This document shows, in pieces, positions 52,457 to 64,000 of a stretch of 64,000 nt of DNA. The notes beneath the pieces were generated by a model. It saw nothing but the letters and a program-made list of their open reading frames with translations, had not been told where the DNA came from and ran no database searches. Each line of letters opens with the position of its first letter. The stretch's first letter is position 1. Source of the stretch: Octopus sinensis (lineage: Eukaryota); assembly GCF_006345805.1 (NCBI RefSeq), contig NC_043006.1, positions 47,678,001 through 47,742,000 of the forward strand. Direction: 5' to 3'. The position numbers and the translations under genes are program-made.

Positions 52457-52987
52457 ATAAACAATAGAAATATTTATTAACAATATAGGAACACTGCGTC
52501 ATCTCTATATCAAAAGTAGAAAATATAAACCGCATGCCAAATGTACATGCACATATAACGTACACACAATCATAGAGACACGTATATATGCACGGGCACA
52601 TACACATACACACATACACACAGACACGTATATAGATAGATAGCTAATACATACATATATACATACACACCTACATAGAAAAACCTAGCAAAGCGTACGT
52701 TCACATAGACATGTCTATCCATTTTTACACATGCACATATACACATACGCGCGCACTCCCATGGGTGCCATTTTATAGTTATGACGTATTTTGTGTACGC
52801 GCTAAATACATCACGTGTGTTTGCACGTGAGCGTGTATACGTGAGTGTTTTATTTCGTAATTGTCTTCCAAGAGATTTCTGGATTTTTTTTACCATCAGA
52901 ATATTGAAGAAACCGAACGAAATAACGACAAAATACATACATTCACGCTGATAATATATATGTATGTATGTATGTATATCTATCTAA

Positions 52988-53041
<54 letters not shown>

Positions 53042-53053
53042 GTCTCTCTCTAC

Positions 53054-53117
<64 letters not shown>

Positions 53118-53639
53118 ATATATATGTACATACATACATACATACATATATATATATGTATGTATGTATGTATATTTTGTGTTTATAATTGCTATATGCC
53201 ATCTTCTGCTATGCATTTCGTTTTTCTCACGCAAATTTCTAGTTATATTACTGTTTTTCTTTCACTTCTATTATATTTCAGGTTTGAATGAAATAATAAT
53301 TTTGAATACCTATTCTTCATCTTAATTCATTTCAAAGAATATTTTCAATTTAGAGAAACTGCTCCATACAGTACGTCTAGAAATTTACTTAAATTCTTCT
53401 TGTGCTTGAAAAGAATAGATTCTACGTTTATGCAATTTCTATAGTTTCGTAACCGATTTTGAAATGTACGCTCAAGATACAAATGACATATTTGAAAAGT
53501 GTATTTCCGCAAGAATTCACGACCATATTGAATGTTGTCAAACTCTTGAAATCTGTCAATGTTCTCAACGGACTTCTTATTGAATTCCGAAATTAATCTT
53601 TGCTCTTCCTTTGCAATTAAAAGATCTCCTTCGGTGACG

Positions 53640-53935
53640 AATGACCAGGGGATTACACCTAGAATGTTTCCCTTCGAGCCACAAGTCCGAGCAAGGTTGT
53701 TTATGGAATACCAGCAGTCTCCCATGAGTACCAGCCTCCTCTCATCGCACCACTGATGTTATCCAAGGGTAAGGCAAACACTGATACAGTATTACAATTC
53801 GTTTCTATAGCTGAGTGAACTGGAGCAACATGAAATAAAGTGTCTTGCTCAAGAGCACAACACAACTTGGCGCGGGAATCGAACTCACTAACTCGTGCCT
53901 GTGAGCCCGACGAATTTTCCAGTGCGTCACGTGCC
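53640..53935 (-). mobile_element. SINE family C
   Basis: Minus strand has a tRNA-like head (gagttcgattcccgc), then ttgtgctcttgagcaagacactttatttcatgttgctccagttcactcagc and a 3' region. Confidence 0.75.
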
Positions 53936-54916
53936 TTCACATAAAAGGATGCTGGTTTTCATTCTTTAAAATTAACTAGAAAACAAAAAAGGCCACAGAT
54001 CCTATGAGGTGTTTCTATAGGTATTTCGAATACTGAGAGACGATTTACTTACCTTGCAGAAAGCTAAACTATGCGACTCTTTAATTTGGCTTTGACCAAG
54101 TATCACCTTTGGATCTCATACGTTCTGTCTGTTTCCATGTCGTCTGCCAAGAATCTCTCTTCTGTGCTGACAAATTCCATACACCCGGACGTATTTTATC
54201 TCCCTGTAAGGCCATCATTCGACCTTGCGTTCAGTATTGCCGTCATTTTGGGGTGGTATTTTTTCTGAGTGTTTTAACTTACTTGATCGAATTTAGAATC
54301 GTATTATTAAGATGGTAAATCCCCTTCTTTCTATTATACTGGAATCTTTGTCTCATTCTAGAAATGTATTTTCGTTGTGACTTTTCTTTAAGTACTTATT
54401 TGATAATTTCTCAGATGAATTTTCTGTTCATGTACTCTCTGTCAAGTTGCTTTTTACTGTATCAATCGCTCCTCTTCCAAAGAGCTTACTGTTTATCATA
54501 AGGCCCTTATTCTTATGTTTTGTTTGCTTGAAATGCTGTTCTCCGACTCTGAACTCACTACCATCGTCTTGCTTTCGTCTCGTCTTTAAGTTTCTGTCCT
54601 TTAAGCTTTCTTAACCGAATCCTTTTGAATTTGTTCTCACATCTTTTACTTCTTTGTAGCCACTTTAGCTACAACGGTTTCCAACACCTTGCGGGATAAA
54701 ACCGTGACAAAAGCAGTATTTCACAATGTGGTAGCAGATGAGATTAGTAAAGAGTTGAAAAGTCATTTGATTATCAATAGTCTGACAGCATCCCACACAT
54801 TCCAGTATCGTATACGAAATATTAAATTTGCATTTAGCGGCATATACTCATGTTAAGTGGAGACCCAGCTGTGTCCAAGTCAATACCTCTGTTTCAAAGC
54901 GAAGTGTATTATCCAT

Positions 54917-55355
54917 ACTCTACTCTCTTTTACTCTTTTACTTGTTTCAGTCATTTGACTGTAGCCATCCTGGAGCACCACCTTTAGTCGAGCAAATCGA
55001 CTCCAGGACTTATTCTTTGGAAGCCTAGTACTTACTCTATCGGTCCATTTTGCCGAACCGTTAAGTTACGGAGACGTAAACACACCAGCATCGGTTGTCA
55101 AGTGATGTTGGGGAGACAAACACAGACACAAACATATACACACACACATACGCACACACACGCACACACACATATATATATATACATATATACGACGGGC
55201 TTCTTTCACTTTCCGTCTACCAAATCCACTGACAAGACTTTGGTCGGTCCGAGGCTATAGTAGAAGACATTTGCCCAAGGTGCCACGTAGTGGGACTGAA
55301 CCCGGAACCATGTGGATCGTAAGCAAGCTACTTACCACACAGTCACTCCTACGCC
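54917..55355 (-). mobile_element. SINE family A
   Basis: Reverse complement of the family A sequence including the tail. Confidence 0.9.
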
Positions 55356-56580
55356 ATCAGTAAATGAAGAAACCACTACAGTTATAGATTGTTATTTTAC
55401 TTTCATCTCTGATGAGTGGTTAATTACCTCTACCTCAGAGTACAAAAAGCTCAACTAAATAAGTAGAAACACTGAACATAAAAGACCAGTTGAGCTTGCA
55501 ACCTTTTCCCGTTACATAAGCCATCGTTCTGAGAAGAAAATGACTATTGGTGATATACTGACGCTAAAACAAAACTAACTTTGTCATCAAATTATCGAAA
55601 GTACAAGTGGTTTTGTAACATCCTAGACATAAATGATTCATTTTATGCACATCATAAACAAGATTTCTATACGCATGACGCTAAAATGAGTTGGGTTTTT
55701 TTGTTATCGACTGGCTGCCTTAATTAATCCTCCTTTTCCCCACTAGAATAATCATGGCTAAAGACTAATCAAATTTCGAAACATTTTACATCGATTTTAA
55801 AGAGCAATTAGTATGATTTTTATCTCAACGTATCACATTATGAAAACTGATAAAATCTCTCCCTTTTATTTTTTTCGTAATACCTTCTCTGAAAACTAAT
55901 TAAGAAAATAATTTCGATCACAGTGAATCATCATTCTTCGCAAAGGAAAAAAATCAGTCGCAAAAACGAAGAAGACACGAGATACATCTTACGATCCACG
56001 TTGTCAATTGGAAAGACAAAATAGGTTTCTTACTGAGCAACAAAACTTTCTAATACACTATCTTTTAAAAAGTCCCTACACTGTGCATATACAGAGTGCG
56101 TACCTAATTAAAGTTTTTGCTTAAATTTATATGCTACGGAATATGAAGTCGAATTGGTGCTGAAGGCAAGAGCAAAATACAAATGTTTCACTTTACTGGA
56201 CCAAGCTAACATAATAAAATATTATATTTTTGACCAACGTTAACTATTAAAGATAGAATTTTTAAAAATCGGTATGTCAAGGAAGTGAAGCGTTCAATGA
56301 AATAATTTTGGTAATGAAATTTGAATGAAATGTAATGACTTGTGAGGTAGTGAACGATTTCATTATATACTTAAATATTAACAATTTCGATTTGAGTAAG
56401 TAACAGAAAACAAAAGCTTGTTAAAGGTTGCTAGTAAGTCCTCAGATATAGGGGCGATAATCTCAAAATATGCCAATGAAAAGAACAGAAGTCATAATAG
56501 TATACAGATTCGCACAATTCATCACGTTCGATAAGCAACAGGTTAGCGAAAACTTTATGATTGTGATCAAGCAAGTAGAC

Positions 56581-56660
<80 letters not shown>

Positions 56661-56754
56661 TATGTATTATATATATTATATATACATATTAATATATATA
56701 TATGTATTATATATATTATATAAATATATATATTATATATATATATTATATATA

Positions 56755-56826
<72 letters not shown>

Positions 56827-57354
56827 TATATATAAATCATTGATGCTTGAAGAGAGACAAAAAGAATTCTTTTCAGTTCCACATTACTCTTCCTTCCCCC
56901 ACCCACCCAAACACCTACAGTGTGCCTTGAAATAGAAAATAGTCTTTTACGATAACATGGTGGACCAGGTCAGTTTAAGCTACCCTACTACTATAATGTA
57001 AACTTTTTTGAACTTATAACATTCTCTGTGTGTATGTATATACAGATACAATACCAATATTCCACTGAACTTTTTTATAAATCCCTCTGGAAACTATCTT
57101 TAAAGTTTTCTTGAGAATGTATATATATGTTGTAATCTTTTGTGCCCAATGTTTTAATGAACTTGTTAATTTTTTTATGTTCTTAAAATGTTCTTGCTAC
57201 CAAAGAATGTTTATATGTATTGGAGCATTTTGTGATATCCAATAATTAACACAACCAAACTTTTACATATTACATTTAACAATCTTTTTTCTAAAAAGTG
57301 AAACCGGTACAGTAAATAAACATCTTTTAAAATTGCATTTTCAAACCTTCTTTC

Positions 57355-57387
<33 letters not shown>

Positions 57388-57446
57388 GATATATATATAT
57401 ATACACACACATATATATATATATGTATATATTATATGTATATATA

Positions 57447-57510
<64 letters not shown>

Positions 57511-57913
57511 GTATCTACCGTATATACAAAAGTAAATCTAGGGAAAATATGTTAGACAGGTCAAGATATAAAGATTATTAAATGCATAAAACGCCAAAAG
57601 ATGTATATATGTATACGTATAAAGAGTTCCGACTTGCACAGAAAACAAATAATGTAGAGAATTAAAAGAGCTATATATATATATATATATTTATGTGTTT
57701 ATATATATATATACAAATGCATATAGATATATATGTCTCTGTGTATGTGCGTGCGTGTGTGAGTCTCCGTGTGAGTGTGTCTCAGTGTGTGTGCGTTCGT
57801 GTGTGTCTGTGTCTCTCTCTGTGTATTGATGCTTGTATGGTTGCATATATACGGTATAATGAACTATTAATACAATAACTATGTATTTATATATGCATAT
57901 ATATACATATATG

Positions 57914-57944
<31 letters not shown>

Positions 57945-59193
57945 GTATATATTTATATGTGTGTATGTGCGCATATACATATATACATATGTGTGAGTGT
58001 GTGTATGTGTGTGTGTTTAACCGGTATGTATGCACAATCTGAGCCTACCAAAGCACATTATAGCAATAAAGTATCACTTTATATTATTTTATTCATCGTA
58101 GGTCTTTCCTAAGTAGATCTTTAACATTACAATACGTAAAAACAAATACATGTGCCTATTTACATATACATACAGACATATATATATGTGCGTAGTGTAT
58201 GTGTGTATCTTTGTGTGTGTATATATAAATATGTAGATATGCTTGTATGTATCGATATATCTATACATGTATGTGTATGTTGTGTGTGTGTGTGTGCGTG
58301 TATCTATATGTACATACATATAATGAAATATGTTTGGCATATAGCAATATGGAACTTTCCTTTCTTTGTGTATATTGTCACCTAAACAAGGGAATGACAA
58401 CAGAATAAAAGAATAAAAAAGTAAAACTACGTGAAAAAGTAAAATAAAACAACCCATGCACACATAAACACATACACACATGCACACGTGCACACATACA
58501 AACAAACAAATAAACACATACACACAAACAAATGCACACACATGTAAAAGGCGATGCTTATCTATATTCTTTATTGGTGAATTCATGATAGATTCTCTAA
58601 ATAAGTCTCACAAAACTCAGAGAAAATGTTTGTGCCGTGTAAGAAAGAAATAATAGCAACATTAACTCCTGAGAAATCCAACAACAACAACAACAACAAC
58701 AAAAACAACAACAATAGCAACAAGAACAGTTGTAGACGCAGCAAAGTAAATATAATGAACCTTGTCTGCAGTAAAATCAACTTATAATGGAACTTTAGAC
58801 TTCGAATAAGCCGGGAAGATTTATGGAAACGATAAGAAAGCAAGGAGAAGTCAAAAAAATATTAAAACGATCAAGACATCAACAACTCGAACAAGAAGTA
58901 AACAATAGTCGATATAGCTATAAATATCAGCACCAGGTTTGGCAGGATGATGGGCAGGTCTTTGAAATGTAGACGATAGATATGGTTGCAATCTGTTGGC
59001 AGTAAGCTGACTTCACAAAAGAATTCAATCAGGTTTATATATAAAGACATTACTTCTTGATGAAAGAAACGCTTGTGCATGCATGCACGGTTGCATGTTC
59101 GTGAATTCGGATGTAAGTATAAATTCGCGAATATGCGCCAGTCTCAATGTAGGAGCGCGTATCTGAATACATAGGCGTGTATTTAAGTGTGTA

Positions 59194-59239
<46 letters not shown>

Positions 59240-59629
59240 TGAGTGTGTGTGTGTGTGTGTTTGTGTGAGCGTGTTTGTTCGAGGGTTTCGGCGCCTGTGT
59301 TTGTACAACATATGGTTGTGTTTGGTATGTGCAATTGTACAGGGGATTATGTGTGCCTAGATTTGTGCGTCGAAGATTGTTCCGGTAGGTGTATTAGCGA
59401 TTGCTGTTACGTATGCTGTTAATTTTCAGATAAAGTACAGACGATTGATGTATATATTATTGATGGGCGTATCTGAGACTGTATATATATGTTTGTATTT
59501 CTATATTTATATACATATATATGTGTGTAAGTATATATATATATATATATGTGTGTGTGTGGTGTGTGTGTGTGTGTGTGTATGCATAATATATATACAT
59601 ATATACATATAGGTATATATGAATATGTG

Positions 59630-59835
59630 AGAGAAGCCTCGTAGCTTAGTGGTTAGGCTGTTGCACTCATGATTACAAGACTATAGTTTCAATTCTTCCA
59701 TGGAACGCTGTACTGTGTTCTTGACCAAATTATTTAATGTCACATAGGCCCAGTCCACTCAGCGGCAAATGTGAGTGAGTGGGGATACACTGCAGAGTCC
59801 AGAAAACTAGCCTTGCGATCCTATGATAGATCGTT
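59630..59835 (+). mobile_element. SINE family C, diverged
   Basis: gtagcttagtggttagg...gtttcaattc...tgtgttcttgacc...cccagtccactcagc. Confidence 0.6.
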
Positions 59836-59930
59836 AGCCACTACACACATTTTTTTTCTCTCCTTGTTTCTCTCCTTGTTTTTCTGTGTCCCTTTCTGTA
59901 GAAGAGCGTAGGCTCGGAACGTAAAAGACT

Positions 59931-60014
<84 letters not shown>

Positions 60015-61383
60015 CGATTCGGCAAAGAGACCGATAGGATAAGTACCAGGCTTACAAAGAATATGCCCGGGGGCGATTTCTTCAAGTAAAAGGCGGTGCT
60101 CCTGCATGGCCAGTCAAAATGACTAAAACAATAAAGGAGTAAATTAGCAATAGAGTATATATATATATATTGTTGTATCTCACAGATTTTTTTGTGTTTT
60201 TTTTTTTGTTTTGCAGACTCGCTGATGTAGCAGATACGGGAGTCGAGCATTTCTCTTATTACAATTTGATATGCGTTTTATTCTCTGAACCTCAAGTGCA
60301 AAAGAGTTACTGGACATAAAGGAACATTAATGTAACTCTGTAAATGTCGATGACCTTTTGAAAAGACATCAGTGCATCAGATATACATCAGAGCATCTAC
60401 TTTATTACAAGAGTAATATTACAGACAATATTCACAAATTAGTTGTCACACTTTACAATACCATTAAGTGTATAATCAAGTGACCCGAGCAAATATAAAG
60501 CGGGAAATGGCAGTTTCTGTCCGTGTGTGTGTGCCTGTCTCTTTCTCTCTCTCCCCCTCTTTCTCTCTTTTTATGTACATATATACACATTCATACATTA
60601 ACGCGCACACAACATATATATATATATTTGTATATATGCATGCATGTATGTATGTATGTATGTATGTATGTATGTATGTATGTATGTATGTATGTATGTA
60701 TACATGTATATATATATATATATATATAATATATATATATATATGTATGTATGTTGGCCTGCTCGCCTAGCCAGCGGGGTGGCGTCATTTGAAGGCTAAA
60801 ACAATGCGAACGCATTGTGACCAGCGATGTGTAACAACATCTGATGGTCTGGTCGGTCACGTGATCACGTGATATATATGTATGTATATGTGTGTGTATG
60901 TGTGTGTGTGTCACAGAAGATACATACGTAGCCCACACATACGGTGATAAATATAAATATACCTATATGTCACCAACAAATTTTTAACTCACAGAAGCAA
61001 ATAACGGAAATCCAACCGTAGAAGAGAACAAAAGGAATAAATACAGGACAAATATAAATAACAGTGGAAAGGAAGAGTGGCAGAAGGGATGAAGCTTGTC
61101 CCGTGTGGTGAGTTAACCTTGTGTTATATCTGATTTACAGAGTGTTGGTAATATAAACAGTAATTTTACAACATGACACTTCTTACGGTGACGATCGTCC
61201 ATAAAATATGCATAGATTTATAGATACATTCGGGAGATATCATCATAAAATATATTTACGCATTCATATTATAGTACATGCACCTCTCTGACTTTGTGTC
61301 GTGCTCTCACTTTTTTCTTATTCTCACTCTTTTTTCACTCACTCTTTCGTTATCAATATATATTTATATATATATATATATAT

Positions 61384-61457
<74 letters not shown>

Positions 61458-61534
61458 TAGATAGATAGATAGATAGATAGGTGGATGGATATTCATGTAT
61501 GTATATATATATATATACATATATATGTATATAC

Positions 61535-61565
<31 letters not shown>

Positions 61566-61577
61566 AATGTGTGTATA

Positions 61578-61630
<53 letters not shown>

Positions 61631-61922
61631 GTGCACATATATACACACATACACACACATTCTCACACACATATATATATATATATGAAAATATAAATAT
61701 CGAACAATAAGAATGAGTGCTCAACACCGGGTTATTGCATTCATATTCTTTATTTCTGCATTGAATTTACCATTGGCTTCTATTTAAGATAATATCTGAA
61801 TATTTTTATAATTTTTCAAGCCGACCACATCAAGAAATCGGTGATCATATGAAGAACTGTTGCACGACTCCATTTTGTTTTCATCGGCTTGAAAAATTTG
61901 TATGAGATTAAAATATTTTGTG

Positions 61923-61954
<32 letters not shown>

Positions 61955-62052
61955 ATCTCAAACGTGCTAAATATACACTTTCCAGATTCACTTATGTAAA
62001 ATAATGATATTAAAAATAATTATAATAATTCAGTTAAATCTCTCTCTCTCTT

Positions 62053-62083
<31 letters not shown>

Positions 62084-62084
62084 T

Positions 62085-62120
<36 letters not shown>

Positions 62121-62316
62121 CTCCTCTCCTCTTTCCCCATTCATATGTGCGTTTGTCGGGTTGTACTTCTCTGCTTATCTGTATGTGTGCCTGACTGCCT
62201 GTTTGCTATGCAGGAATGTACGTACATATATTCATATAAGTGTATGCATGTGAGTGCACGTACATATCCGTATTTTTATGCATGAATGTATATGTGTATT
62301 TAATTATCTACGTATG

Positions 62317-62421
<105 letters not shown>

Positions 62422-63123
62422 TTGTCTTACATGTTTATATATGTATATATCTGTATGTGAACGTATAAATATATATGCATGTATGTTTGTGTTTGATTGT
62501 GTGAATGTGTCTGCGTGTGTATGTGCACGTGTACGGGCTTTGAATCTTGAAAGTTGGTTAAGGACAATCGCATGTGTAACCAGCCATGAAGAACCAATTC
62601 AGAGACACAAAGGTAAAAAATGCCAATCCCTTTCAAACGGCTACCACTTTAACAGTACCAGAATATCCATTTTTGTACATCTACACATTCAAAGCAATTT
62701 CCGAACGACCCTTCAACAACAACACACCCTGATAAGCTCAGTGACTACTACTAAATTCAGGCCATGAAGACACAAAGGATGTTCTTGAAGTCGAGGATTC
62801 GAAACTTACGAAGACAATATTTACATATCGCCTGAGGAAACACAACTAGATCTCATGATGCAGTGAAACACTTGCATGATCAAGTAATTGCACATCTAGA
62901 GAACTAGGTGCGTGGAAACAATTGAAGTGATTAAAAGTTAATGCCCAACCGTACCTCTTCGTTTTGACTCCAATAGTTTTCAATTATCAATCACATACGA
63001 CATATGACCAACCACAAACCTGGAAGTACTTATAATACTCCTACTGGATGGCACAAGTTAAATGTGAATGTGAACGAGCTTTATTCTCTACACTACTACG
63101 TTCTTAGCAAAATATCCCATAAC

Positions 63124-63176
<53 letters not shown>

Positions 63177-63442
63177 GTCTACCTGCTGGAAATAACATTC
63201 AAAACTATTATTTAAATTTGGTGATTTAAATAAGAAATTTGACTGTTATTTCCGGCAGGTAGACATATTAGAATGTCCTTTCATTAAATTTAATCTTTCA
63301 GATATTTAATATTTAGGTGGGAGGCGTGCAATCACCTATAATATTGATCCTGTTATTATCATTTTTAAAATTGTTACTAGATAATAACAGATATAATAGT
63401 GTCTTCGCAAATTATTTTTTCGACAATTTACTCCATATTGAA

Positions 63443-63475
<33 letters not shown>

Positions 63476-63493
63476 GATATATATTTACTCCAT

Positions 63494-63526
<33 letters not shown>

Positions 63527-63539
63527 CGCCATGTTGATT

Positions 63540-63750
63540 CGTTAGCTACTGCACGCATTTTTTCTCTCCTTTTTTTTCTCTCCTTCTTTCTGTGTTTTTC
63601 TCTCTCTGTGTATCTTTCTGTTGAAGAGCGTAGGCTCGAAACGTTAAAGACTTGTTTTATTTATATTTCCCGAACGCCATACTAATACAATTGTTCGTTT
63701 GTTTTCCACCTGCCTTCGTCTTTTGTTTATTTTCATAAGCTTCCCGTTAT
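63540..63750 (+). mobile_element. Interspersed repeat family D with a minimal hammerhead-like motif at 63613-63650
   Basis: tcttt-CUGUUGA-A-GAGC-guag-GCUC-GAAA-CG-UU-aaaga; homologous to 35245-35440 and 59835-59930; ends in (TA)n. Confidence 0.62.
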
Positions 63751-64000
63751 ATATATATAATATATATATATATCTTATAATCGAATATTTATTATGAAAC
63801 ATTGTGTGGATTATATTGTATAAAGGATCGTGGGCAAGACCAGAACAATGCGAAATAAATGCAACGGAAATCACAAGGAAACAAATATATGAATTAATGT
63901 AGACTTACCTTGCTTTCAATATTTTGGGGTTATGACCCCACTTTCAAGAAATTAACGTGTTGCCGACGTGCCTGTGTGTATACATACACACATACATATA

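Noticed and set aside
54060-54700. Possible LINE endonuclease remnant on the minus strand
   Set aside because: Only faint motif resemblance; not enough to annotate.
60765-60875. Structured GC-richer repeat checked for an HDV-like or other ribozyme fold
   Set aside because: It has local hairpins only; I could not build the nested double pseudoknot or a hammerhead core by eye.
62560-62890. Possible Penelope GIY-YIG remnant with CUGAGGA...GAAAC
   Set aside because: Protein similarity is only impressionistic and stem II does not pair.
63905-63975. Strong minus-strand donor (AAG|GTAAGT) suggesting an exon
   Set aside because: All three frames of the putative exon contain stops and the acceptor lacks a pyrimidine tract.

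Overview
AT-rich, microsatellite-dense eukaryotic non-coding DNA, almost certainly from an octopus. The evidence is a cephalopod-type COX1 NUMT and tRNA-derived SINEs resembling Octopus repeats as I recall them. No host protein-coding gene could be supported; nearly all supplied ORFs are simple-repeat artefacts. The window holds many SINE copies (three families), decayed LINEs (RTE, R4/Dong-like, CR1-like), Tc1/mariner relics, palindromic MITE-like elements, a fold-back COX1 NUMT and a 5S rRNA copy fused to a SINE tail. The main finding is a 3.15-kb array at 43249-46400 of a ~490-bp unit flanked by (TA)n. Every unit carries a type I hammerhead ribozyme (8-bp stem I, CUGAAGA core, 5-bp stem II base with a 58-nt insert, GAAA, palindromic stem III, GUA cleavage site), which is the architecture of a non-LTR retrozyme able to yield ~490-nt circular RNAs. 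The array is arranged as two divergent arms. A second, unrelated full hammerhead lies at 51613-51711, and minimal Penelope-type hammerhead relics lie at 41613, 35295, 59892 and 63613. All ribozyme calls come from manual base-pairing and have not been tested computationally or experimentally.
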